Below, piece after piece: positions 8,406 through 16,597 of a DNA stretch of 64,000 bases. The stretch lies in assembly GCA_015064845.1 (NCBI GenBank), contig SVRL01000006.1, positions 6,865-70,864 on the forward strand, in the 5' to 3' direction. Positions within the stretch are counted from its first letter, which is position 1, and every line of letters begins with the position of its first letter. The notes below the pieces were generated by a model. That model saw nothing but the letters and a program-made list of their open reading frames with translations, was not told the DNA's origin and did no database searches. The DNA is from Oscillospiraceae bacterium. GTDB lineage: Bacteria; Bacillota; Clostridia; Oscillospirales; CAG-272. Made by a program: the position numbers and the translations under genes.

Positions 8406-8963
8406 CTACCAAGATTTCAACTCTTCGTAAAATAAATTTGTTGCCGAATAGTGGATTTTGATATGTCCATAGTTAAACTGCTCTGAATAATAAATGCTTA
8501 CATCGTTAGAACCACTTTTGTCTAAAGGAAATTTTTTTCTTAGTTGAATTACTGCGTTATGAGCAATAACTTTAGCCAAAGCAATACGTTCTGCATTACT
8601 TTCCAAGTTTGGATAGCGATGTTGACAAAAATCATATGACCAAGATTGAGTAATACCAACATCATCAGCATCATATTGACTGGTCGTATGACCGTGAACT
8701 TGATATGTATCTACGCTAAATGTATAGTAAACATCTATCGTTTTAAGTGTTTTAGGACGAGATTCATTTATAATCTCAATAGCCATATTATTTACTATTT
8801 GTTCAATAGCATATTTTGCTGCAGGCGAGTTTTCAAACTGAGATATATAATCTTTTGCTAAGGATGCGTTAATTTTCCTGGGAATAGAATCTTGTGCCCA
8901 TATCGCCAAAATTAATCCGAAAATTGCTGCCATTGCACATAGAATAAAAACAAGTATTATCAT
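8406..8963 (-). CDS. Hypothetical protein with N-terminal membrane anchor, last gene of the ABC operon
   Basis: Hydrophobic MIILVFILCAMAAIFGLILAIWA; RBS AAGGAGG. Confidence 0.7.
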   Translation of the reverse strand: MIILVFILCAMAAIFGLILAIWAQDSIPRKINASLAKDYISQFENSPAAKYAIEQIVNNMAIEIINESRPKTLKTIDVYYTFSVDTYQVHGHTTSQYDADDVGITQSWSYDFCQHRYPNLESNAERIALAKVIAHNAVIQLRKKFPLDKSGSNDVSIYYSEQFNYGHIKIHYSATNLFYEELKSW

Positions 8964-9007
8964 AATAGATGCCTCCTTAAGTTATTTTTCAACAGTAAAC
9001 CTATACT

Positions 9008-10147
9008 TTATTTACTAATAACTTTTTCACTGCTCATAAGTGCGTAACCAATCAATAAGAAAAACAATCCATATATGGTTGTTGAAACTATTGTGATTAT
9101 AAAATGCGTGGCAATAGTTGTACCGCTAAAAACGGCTTTTAGGGCATTAAGCGTATTAATAATGGGAATAAAGTTGGTTGCCGTTGAGATATTGCCCGTC
9201 TCTATATACATAGCTGCACCGCCAATAATTGTAGGTAGCAAAGTGAACAGATTAATTCTCAAAGAGCCTTCTTTAACAGTTTTTGCACTCAAAGACAGCA
9301 TACTAATAACAGAAGCTGTAAAGAAGGCAAATATTCCTGTTACAATAAAAAATAATAAAACTTGATGTGCAGACATTCCAATGCCTTTAAAATCATCTTC
9401 CAATGCAAAAGAAATAAGGTATCCTCCTACCGATACCAAGGTGCTTAAACACACGAATAGGAACACCGTTACCGTCTTGGCAAAATACAAAGCCTTACGA
9501 CTTATTTTTGTTGCAAGTAGGCTCTCAAGGGAACCTCTTTCTTTTTCTCCACAGAATAAATCCAGCGCTATTCCAGATCCACCAGTCGCAATAAACATTA
9601 CAATTAGCATTGGTCCGATTACCGAAATCATAGAATTATGATTGTCATTATCGGTAATTGTTGCGACATCCTCACAAACATAATGATATTCAGAAAGAAT
9701 GTCAATACTTTCACCATGAACTGTGAGCACTTCATATAGCATTGCCGTCTTGGCAGATTCAATAGCGCTGCTGGCAATGGCAGTGGCTTTGGTGGATTTT
9801 ATGGAATTTTGGTCATAAATAATCTGAAAACCATTTTCATCATTTTTATTTACAATCAAAGAAACTTGTCCCGATTTTAACTCTGTAGCAGCATCTTCTG
9901 TCACAATTATATCAACATCGATACCATTCAAGGAAATAATTTCAGCAATCTCTTTGATTTTGCTTTCATCATTTGTTGCCAAAATGATTTGTTTTGAAAG
10001 GCTTTCATCTGCCGATGCGATCTGACGATTGTAGATATTCAGCAACAGCGGAAAAATGAAAAGCGGTAAAATCATCATTACCAAGGAGCGTTTATCTCTA
10101 AAACAATCCAACAGTTCTTTTCTCAGCACAACAAAAAAACTTTTCAC
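9008..10147 (-). CDS. ABC-2 type exporter permease (NatB-like)
   Basis: RKELLDCFRDKRSL start, GEKERGSLESLLAT motif, multiple TM helices. Confidence 0.9.
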   Translation of the reverse strand: MKSFFVVLRKELLDCFRDKRSLVMMILPLFIFPLLLNIYNRQIASADESLSKQIILATNDESKIKEIAEIISLNGIDVDIIVTEDAATELKSGQVSLIVNKNDENGFQIIYDQNSIKSTKATAIASSAIESAKTAMLYEVLTVHGESIDILSEYHYVCEDVATITDNDNHNSMISVIGPMLIVMFIATGGSGIALDLFCGEKERGSLESLLATKISRKALYFAKTVTVFLFVCLSTLVSVGGYLISFALEDDFKGIGMSAHQVLLFFIVTGIFAFFTASVISMLSLSAKTVKEGSLRINLFTLLPTIIGGAAMYIETGNISTATNFIPIINTLNALKAVFSGTTIATHFIITIVSTTIYGLFFLLIGYALMSSEKVISK

Positions 10148-10872
10148 TTTGCTTTCGTCCTTTCTCTAAAGTAGAAAAACAAGCTTGAAACACTTTTGCA
10201 ACCGGTTTTCTCCAAAAGTTCTGCTTTGGATCCTTGTCCTATAACCTTGCCCTGTTCCAAGAAGACAAGATTGTCGCAAAGAGCCATCTCTGTTGGATTA
10301 TGGGTCGACAACAGTATCGTTTTACCTTGTTTTTTACAGTGTAGTATGAAATTTTGAACATCACAGATAGAATTGATATCGAGCCCTGTGGAAGGCTCGT
10401 CCAATAAAAGTATATCGGGCGAGTGGATAATGGATTTAGCAAACGCAATCTTCTGGCGCATACCTCTTGAGAAACCGGAAACTTGACGATCAAGATACTC
10501 ATTCATTCCAAGCAATGCAGAGAGCTCCATCAGTCTTTTTTCTGAAACTGTGCGCTTCATTCCTTGCAAATCCGCAAAATAGAGAATATTTTCTTTCGCT
10601 GTCAAACGGTCATACAGAGTAATATCGCCTCCGAGGAGAATACCGATTTTTTCACGGGCTTTTTGCGGTGATTTAACAACATCAATATTATCCATCATAA
10701 TGGATCCGGAGGTTGGTTTTAACAAAGTACACATCAGCCGCATCGAAGTGCTCTTACCTGCTCCGTTAGAGCCGATTAATCCGGTGATCCTACCAGTGGG
10801 TGCGGAAAAAGAAATATTATTAACAGCGAATTTCTCGCCAAATTTTTTGCTTACATTTTTTACAGTTATCAT
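10144..10872 (-). CDS. ABC exporter ATP-binding subunit (NatA-like)
   Basis: GSNGAGKS, FSRGMRQK signature, LLLDEP; 4-bp overlap with the permease. Confidence 0.95.
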   Translation of the reverse strand: MITVKNVSKKFGEKFAVNNISFSAPTGRITGLIGSNGAGKSTSMRLMCTLLKPTSGSIMMDNIDVVKSPQKAREKIGILLGGDITLYDRLTAKENILYFADLQGMKRTVSEKRLMELSALLGMNEYLDRQVSGFSRGMRQKIAFAKSIIHSPDILLLDEPSTGLDINSICDVQNFILHCKKQGKTILLSTHNPTEMALCDNLVFLEQGKVIGQGSKAELLEKTGCKSVSSLFFYFRERTKAK

Positions 10873-10893
10873 GGTATCCTCCCGTGATATATT

Positions 10894-10924
10894 AGAGTCG
10901 GTAGCAGATTTTACTACCGACTCT
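10894..10924. promoter_or_regulatory. Hairpin between peptide B and the ABC ATPase RBS (possible attenuator)
   Basis: Perfect 11-bp stem AGAGTCGGTAG/CTACCGACTCT. Confidence 0.6.
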
Positions 10925-10941
10925 TCGATTTTGCATTATGC

Positions 10942-11022
10942 TTATTTGAGAACTGTTCTCAATACACGACAACCATTAATTACAATCCAGCATGCCATGA
11001 ACAAATTACACAAAGTAACCAT
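10942..11022 (-). CDS. Unannotated 26-aa hydrophobic peptide B, MVTLCNLFMACWIVINGCRVLRTVLK
   Basis: Manual translation; strong RBS AAAGGAGG 5 nt before ATG; below the ORF-track cutoff. Confidence 0.6.
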   Translation of the reverse strand: MVTLCNLFMACWIVINGCRVLRTVLK

Positions 11023-11059
11023 AATTGCCTCCTTTCTCACAAAAAATCAATAAATTCTG

Positions 11060-11088
11060 TTTACAAAATTTTCGCTTTGTGATAAAAT
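11060..11088 (+). promoter_or_regulatory. Sigma-A promoter firing antisense into peptide A
   Basis: TTTACA-17 nt-(TG.)TAAAAT. Confidence 0.65.
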
Positions 11089-11090
11089 GA

Positions 11091-11350
11091 AAGGTAAGAT
11101 ATACAGGGAAACGGGCATTTCCCTGTATATCGGCGATTCCAAATCGCTTTCCTTGACGGGAGAAGAATCAAAAGCATGTTCGCCAACAGTTTTATTCTCT
11201 CCCCGTCTCTTGAATCACTGCAATCACAATGGATTCAACTGATATCATCTGCAAAGCTTAATGAGCGTATAGCTTGATTGCAGTGCTACAGCGCTATAAA
11301 CGATACAGAAAGTCAAAACAAATGTAGCCATATATCGAAGCCTCCCTTCA
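11091..11350 (+). ncRNA. Candidate structured antisense RNA
   Basis: Perfect 14-bp stem 11098-11131, 6-bp stem, long stem 11155-11207, perfect 11-bp stem 11216-11285 and a CCTCC-loop hairpin at about 11337-11349; follows the + promoter. Confidence 0.55.
11245..11331 (-). CDS. Unannotated 28-aa hydrophobic peptide A, MATFVLTFCIVYSAVALQSSYTLIKLCR
   Basis: Manual translation; RBS AAGGGAGG; own promoter TCGACA-17-TATTAT at 11411-11383. Confidence 0.6.
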   Translation of the reverse strand: MATFVLTFCIVYSAVALQSSYTLIKLCR

Positions 11351-11480
11351 TGTGGATTACACCTGTGATCTAGTGTGTTTTTATAATAGCACATTTTTCT
11401 ATGCTTGTCGAGAGGATTATTAAACCATTGTTATAAACGCGAGTATGTTTGTTGTTTCTCAAAAATAATATAGTGAAAGC

Positions 11481-11533
11481 TTGTTGTTAACAAGACTGTG
11501 CTTGTTGACAACAATGTTAAATTTGTTTAAAAT
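11481..11533 (+). promoter_or_regulatory. Promoter TTGACA-17-TAAAAT overlapped by two TTGTT-N3-AACAA palindromes
   Basis: Palindromes at 11481-11493 and 11502-11514; -35 at 11505-11510, -10 at 11528-11533. Confidence 0.7.
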
Positions 11534-11550
11534 AATTGAGGAGGTTATAT

Positions 11551-12939
11551 ATGCATTATTCTTTAAATGAGATTATTGCGAGATTATCGCTTCATAAATA
11601 TTTTGAAAAAATTCAAAAGAAAGAATCCAAAAATTACAAAGAAATTCTTCTTAAAAGATTATTTGATATAGATTATTACGGTGCGCCTAGTGGACGGGAT
11701 GCATTCTTTCGCGGCAATTACAAGCATCCAGGAAATGAGGACTTCCCCTCTTTACAAAAAGAAACAGATTTAACCCAAAAAATTACTGAACTTTTTTTTG
11801 ATAATAATTATATACAAACATTATTCGAAAAAATTAAACAAAATATATGGGAGCCTCTACAACACGATACAGAGAAAATATTGTCGGAACATCGCAAAGA
11901 TATTTTCGGAGATTTTCGATATGACACTGTAACTAAAACTAATCGAATGCTGGATAACGATTTAATAAAAACAATTGAAATCTTGTTGGAATCAGAATCA
12001 AAAGACTCATTCATTTATGTCATTTTATTATTCATTTTAATTGCCATATTCCATGAAGATATTACTACTCAACCTGTTTCTATCGTATTAAAGGAAGAAA
12101 CAATAGAAAGCATTCTAAAAATTGGATTTAGCAAAAATAATTATCCTACATCCATCTCAAATACATTAAATGGATCTATAACAAACGAATATAATAAATT
12201 ATTCGTTCATCCTCAATACAAAAACTTTAAAATCTATCTTTACAACGATACAGGGAACTACACTTCCGATTTTTGTTTCGGAGAAATCCATTTTATGGAT
12301 AATGGTAATGTGACACTTAGTTATCAAAATGAAAATTCAACAGGAACAACTAAGTATTCCGGCAAAGCATATCTTTTTACCGTTAATGAATTGGTTCATA
12401 TAACTCTTGAAGACGAGGCTACACATAGAGGGGCTTTCATTTGTTTTCATTATACTGAATTTCAAAAGGGACCTAAAAAATGTTTGCTTAGAAAAGGATT
12501 ATTCATTTCAACCGGTGCTGCCTCCGAGAATTTTAGGCCGTTTGTGAAAAATATTATTTTATTACACAAAGAGCCAACACAACAAGAGTTTGTACGTGGT
12601 TTGTTAAAATGTTGCGATATGCGAAACGGAAACGAATTTATTATTATACAAAAAAACTCAGTGAACCATTTCATAGATCGACTTTATGAATTTGATTTTA
12701 TGCTTTCTCTCAGTAATTCAAAATTGCTTTTTAAACAATTTTTTGCTAAACATGAGCACAATAATTACTGTTTTGTCAAAGAAAATGAGTTCTTAGTTTT
12801 TTTAATGGAAAATTTCAAACCATTTTTAAATGAATGGGAACGCATAGAAATTATTTTGCTCCTTAAGTCATTTTCAGAATTACCTAATGCAATCTATCCC
12901 TATGCAACACCGGATCCCACGTTCCAAATTTTTCGTTAA
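11551..12939 (+). CDS. Hypothetical protein (helical N-terminus, beta-rich middle domain)
   Basis: Long AT-rich ORF; start after RBS GAGGAGG; no family recognised. Confidence 0.75.
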   Translation: MHYSLNEIIARLSLHKYFEKIQKKESKNYKEILLKRLFDIDYYGAPSGRDAFFRGNYKHPGNEDFPSLQKETDLTQKITELFFDNNYIQTLFEKIKQNIWEPLQHDTEKILSEHRKDIFGDFRYDTVTKTNRMLDNDLIKTIEILLESESKDSFIYVILLFILIAIFHEDITTQPVSIVLKEETIESILKIGFSKNNYPTSISNTLNGSITNEYNKLFVHPQYKNFKIYLYNDTGNYTSDFCFGEIHFMDNGNVTLSYQNENSTGTTKYSGKAYLFTVNELVHITLEDEATHRGAFICFHYTEFQKGPKKCLLRKGLFISTGAASENFRPFVKNIILLHKEPTQQEFVRGLLKCCDMRNGNEFIIIQKNSVNHFIDRLYEFDFMLSLSNSKLLFKQFFAKHEHNNYCFVKENEFLVFLMENFKPFLNEWERIEIILLLKSFSELPNAIYPYATPDPTFQIFR

Positions 12940-12983
12940 ATAGAATTCAAAGAGTTTAAAAGAAAACTATAAAATAAAGAATT

Positions 12984-13027
12984 AAGCAGGTAACTGAATT
13001 TGGATTTCATCCATCAGTTACCTGCTT
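12984..13027. terminator. Bidirectional terminator
   Basis: 14-bp stem AAGCAGGTAACTGA/TCAGTTACCTGCTT between convergent genes. Confidence 0.8.
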
Positions 13028-13042
13028 TTAACATTAGGTTAT

Positions 13043-13288
13043 TTATTCAATTGGCTTATATTCCGTTACTGCTTTCAAATATGCTTCGGGATCGCCGTTC
13101 AAGATAAGGTCTGCATACTCCAATGGCGCATTGTAGATCAGATAGTCAAGCTCTGACCGTTCATACATATTACGGGCAATCTCGTTCTCAACGGCAATCG
13201 TGTCAATCGCAATCATACTGCCATCGCTGAAATTAAGTTCTACACAGCAGCTATCGAAGTTATATTCACAGGATATAAGGCGTTTCAT
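13043..13288 (-). CDS. DUF6061-like protein typical of clostridial ICE termini
   Basis: CVEL.FSDGSMIAIDTIAVENE..RNMYERSELDYLIYNAPLEYADLILNGD pattern recognised from memory. Confidence 0.75.
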   Translation of the reverse strand: MKRLISCEYNFDSCCVELNFSDGSMIAIDTIAVENEIARNMYERSELDYLIYNAPLEYADLILNGDPEAYLKAVTEYKPIE

Positions 13289-13353
13289 AGGGTTTTGCCT
13301 CCAAAATTGTTTTGTTTGGAAGTAATGTAAGCGTGGGTTTTAGTGTGGTATCT

Positions 13354-13488
13354 TTAAGTTTGGGAAACTCCAGATTCCCAGCGTGAAACGGCCTGAGCGG
13401 TTACACCGAGCGCTTCAGCAAGATGATCTTGTGTGCATCCATCTCGTCGACGCAATTCTCTGATTTTAGTACCTAAGTTAAGTCGCAT
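13354..13488 (-). pseudogene. Truncated XRE-family HTH gene (44 aa)
   Basis: [44 protein letters not shown]; RBS GGAGGAG; stops where the conserved (S/Y)PD should follow. Confidence 0.85.
13361..13380. other. Candidate att junction (serine-recombinase style)
   Basis: TGGGAATCT-GG-AGTTTCCCA on the minus strand: 9-bp arms with one mismatch around a 2-bp core at 13370-13371. Confidence 0.6.
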
Positions 13489-13610
13489 AAAAACTCCTCC
13501 TTAAAATCGTTATCACCGGTGTGATTCTATTATAACGCATATTTATGAAAAAAACAATTCTCAAATAGTTGTTTGCAACTCAACCGATATTTGATTTTCG
13601 AAACAGCATA

Positions 13611-13633
13611 GAAAAACCCCGCGCGAGGCGGGG
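13611..13633 (-). terminator. Intrinsic terminator
   Basis: CCCCGC/GCGGGG stem plus TTTTTC; a sister copy lies at 14648-14670. Confidence 0.7.
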
Positions 13634-13645
13634 CGGTAAAGTCAT

Positions 13646-14464
13646 TCAGCCTATGAGATATTGAGAAACGGTACAATTCTTTTTATTTAGTACATACATT
13701 GCTGTAAGTACCATGTATGCAGCAATACCGCAATGACCGCAAATTAAATATCCTCTGTTATCCGAACGATTTTCTGCTACAAATTCAATAATACGATTTT
13801 CAGTAAACAAAAGCAAGAGCTCATTCAATCGGGATACTTCAATATTGGCTTTTTCAATAAGTGCTTGTTTTGATGTTGGAACGTCACAATTCAAAGCTAA
13901 TATTAACTTTTGGCCTTCTTCACTGCAAAGTGCCTGCATGACTTCTATCGTGTTTGAGTCGAAGGGAGAAATCTGCTTAATAAGTGATGATTTAATCACG
14001 CAAGCTACCCCGGCGTCATCCCAAATTTTTGTTCCATACGAACCAATAATTCTAAGGTTTCCTTGATTTTTACTTTCTTCTTGAATCTTTTGATTCCCGG
14101 TTTCTGCGAAATAGATACCCTTCCACATTTTCCAAAGGTCATCGCCCAGTTCTTGATGAAGATTATTACTGTATCTATCACAGTTTGCTGTTGCCCAAAT
14201 AAATTCTGTTCCAAGCTGTTCAATTTTGCTTGAAACGACATCAATATCGCCGTCAGATTCTGTTTCAAGCAGAACATCTGCCGAAATCTTATAAACATCG
14301 CTGATCGCTTTCAGATTAAAGCAATCGGGCAGACAGTCTCCCGATTCCCATTTAGAAATCGCCTGAGGAGAAACACCTACTTTTTCCGCAACATCTTCTT
14401 GAGTCATACCAAGCTTTTTTCTGTGATTGCGAAGTTTTTCGCCAAATATTTTTTGATTTAACAT
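13646..14464 (-). CDS. XRE-family HTH transcriptional regulator
   Basis: TQEDVAEKVGVSPQAISKWESGDCLPD. Confidence 0.9.
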   Translation of the reverse strand: MLNQKIFGEKLRNHRKKLGMTQEDVAEKVGVSPQAISKWESGDCLPDCFNLKAISDVYKISADVLLETESDGDIDVVSSKIEQLGTEFIWATANCDRYSNNLHQELGDDLWKMWKGIYFAETGNQKIQEESKNQGNLRIIGSYGTKIWDDAGVACVIKSSLIKQISPFDSNTIEVMQALCSEEGQKLILALNCDVPTSKQALIEKANIEVSRLNELLLLFTENRIIEFVAENRSDNRGYLICGHCGIAAYMVLTAMYVLNKKNCTVSQYLIG

Positions 14465-14647
14465 AATTTTATCCTCCGGGATGTTTTCGAGATAGCTATC
14501 TTGTGATTCTATTTTACCATATTTGAAATCAACTTACAATAGTAAGAATGTTGAGTTTAATTCCCATAATTCTACTTAGAGTTGATTTTTTAGCGGATGA
14601 TGATTTTTCAGATGAAAAAACTGTAATCAGCATCATGATTTTATATA

Positions 14648-14670
14648 GAAAAACCCCGCCGAAGCGGGGC
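14648..14670 (-). terminator. Intrinsic terminator
   Basis: CCCCGC-TTCG-GCGGGG plus TTTTTC. Confidence 0.75.
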
Positions 14671-14681
14671 AAAGATCAATT

Positions 14682-15755
14682 TTATCTGTACTTATCTAAA
14701 ACAGCTCTGTACTCGGGATTCTTGAGAAGCTCGGCTCGTCTACCACCCATAGCGTTAGTGCGATAATCAAGATTGTATTTGAAAAAGTTTTTGCTTATTG
14801 CTTCGCCATAACGATCAAAGGCGCGATTCAATGCTTCATTTTTCATTCTCATATCTTCGATTTTTTTCGTCACATACAGGTTTTTATCCATAACTGCGGT
14901 GATTTGTTCCTCCGTTCCGCCGCGATAGTATAGGTCGTTTTCCATCCTTTCGAGGAAAGACCTTGCAAGCATAAGGAAGAAGGCTTCTCCGGTTTCTTCA
15001 AATGCATTTATCATCAGATCACCGCACCGTAATGTATGTTTTGCCTTTTCCTCCATTGATAGAGAAGGATTGAAAAACACGGTTCTGCCGAGCTTATCTG
15101 CCGCAAAATCGACAAGCTCGTACATATTCTTTTGAACATGGAAATAATACTCGCTTGTGTCTTTTGCAAACAGCTGCTCGGTCTTTTGTCCGCTGGTGGT
15201 AAACCAATCAGTGAATTTTGATTTGTAAATCTCCAGTGCCTCGTCCGTTTTGCCTTCCGCATGAAGTATTTTCGCGCGCATATTCCACGCGCCAAGCCGT
15301 AGCCTTTCTTCGGTACATCCTTCCAGTATCTTTTCACAGATAGCAAGAAATTCATCTTTGTGCGCAACCAAAACAAAGGGATCATTGTCAGCCAAATCAC
15401 CGGCGATATTCCACATATAGTAGTGCATAATTCTATAATCGTTCGGATAATCGTGATATGCCTTAACAATAATTTCCCTACCTATTTCTTTATGCCTATT
15501 TTTAATATACAGCGCAACCACTTCATCAATTTCGGCTTGAACCTTTTCTTGATTATAACCCATAAGCTCATCGAGAGTTACTCCAAAGAAATAAGCCAAT
15601 GGTTGAAGAAGCGTAATGTCCGGATAAGTTTCGCCTCGTTCCCATTTGCTGACTGCCGCACAAGTAACATTCATCGCAACCGAAAGCTGTTCCTGCGTGA
15701 TGTTTTTTGTCATGCGCAACCGCTTGATATTTGCGCCAATCGTCATTTTCATCAT
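14682..15755 (-). CDS. XRE-family HTH regulator with helical (TPR-like) C-terminus
   Basis: TQEQLSVAMNVTCAAVSKWERGETYPDITLL. Confidence 0.9.
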   Translation of the reverse strand: MMKMTIGANIKRLRMTKNITQEQLSVAMNVTCAAVSKWERGETYPDITLLQPLAYFFGVTLDELMGYNQEKVQAEIDEVVALYIKNRHKEIGREIIVKAYHDYPNDYRIMHYYMWNIAGDLADNDPFVLVAHKDEFLAICEKILEGCTEERLRLGAWNMRAKILHAEGKTDEALEIYKSKFTDWFTTSGQKTEQLFAKDTSEYYFHVQKNMYELVDFAADKLGRTVFFNPSLSMEEKAKHTLRCGDLMINAFEETGEAFFLMLARSFLERMENDLYYRGGTEEQITAVMDKNLYVTKKIEDMRMKNEALNRAFDRYGEAISKNFFKYNLDYRTNAMGGRRAELLKNPEYRAVLDKYR

Positions 15756-15910
15756 GACACCTCCTGATAAAAGTAAGCCGACGTCTGCTTCTGTCTGTAT
15801 TATAGCACAAAAACAAAAGTCTTAAAAGGTATTGTCAGGAAACATAATGTTAACCACAGGTTAAAAAAATATCCCCGCCGGTACAGCAGAGATACTTTAC
15901 AATATTTCAT

Positions 15911-16597
15911 TCAAACACCGTATTTGATTTTGATTCTCCCCAATTTTTCCGAAAAAGGTTTTGCAAACAAAATCAAAAAAATCACGTTGGAAACGGCATA
16001 CAAAACCGTGTGAGGCAAAGAAGTTACGAGCTTTGCAAAATAGAGCGAGGGAATAAATTCACCCGCAAGCCAAACGGCACTCCACACGTCCATCAACAAA
16101 GAAAATAAAACGGCGGCAAGAATACCGTAAAAATACAGGAACAAACGGCTCTTTTTCAACGGGGATGCAAGAACACCCGCAAAAAATCCGATCAATCCCC
16201 AAGCCAGCATTTGAAACGGTGTCCAAGGTCCGTGTCCGAAATAAAAATTGGAGATCAGCGCGGAAAAGGAACCGACGAGAAAGCCCGCTTCCGAACCGAG
16301 AAACATACCCGAAATCACGGCAAACGCCGTCACGGGCTTGATAACGGGAAACATTCTGCCTGCCACGGAAAGCGCAATCATCACGGCAACGATAACCAAT
16401 CGGCGGTTTCCGATTTTTTTCTTTTCAAATCCGCAAAAAAACAGAAGAAGCGAACAAACTGCCACGAAAAAGGAAACGAGGGCGTGATACTGACTTTCCA
16501 CGGCAAAAATACCGAGCGCAACGATGGCAGGAATCAGAACGAACGGCAAAATCACACGCAAAATCCGACGTGCGGATGCATTTCGGATGACAATCAT
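15911..16597 (-). CDS. ECF transporter S component (cobalamin, CbrT-like)
   Basis: IKPVTAFAVISGMFLGSEAGFLVG...GPWTPFQMLAWG; ATGA overlap with the ATPase. Confidence 0.85.
   Translation of the reverse strand: MIVIRNASARRILRVILPFVLIPAIVALGIFAVESQYHALVSFFVAVCSLLLFFCGFEKKKIGNRRLVIVAVMIALSVAGRMFPVIKPVTAFAVISGMFLGSEAGFLVGSFSALISNFYFGHGPWTPFQMLAWGLIGFFAGVLASPLKKSRLFLYFYGILAAVLFSLLMDVWSAVWLAGEFIPSLYFAKLVTSLPHTVLYAVSNVIFLILFAKPFSEKLGRIKIKYGV

Larger units (their letters stand above)
1..13371. mobile_element. Right arm of an integrative conjugative/mobilisable element; left end outside the window
   Basis: Relaxase, mobC and oriT-like region on the left; visibly AT-richer cargo; DUF6061 gene next to a palindromic att-like site at 13361-13380 that truncates an HTH gene. 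Confidence 0.85.
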
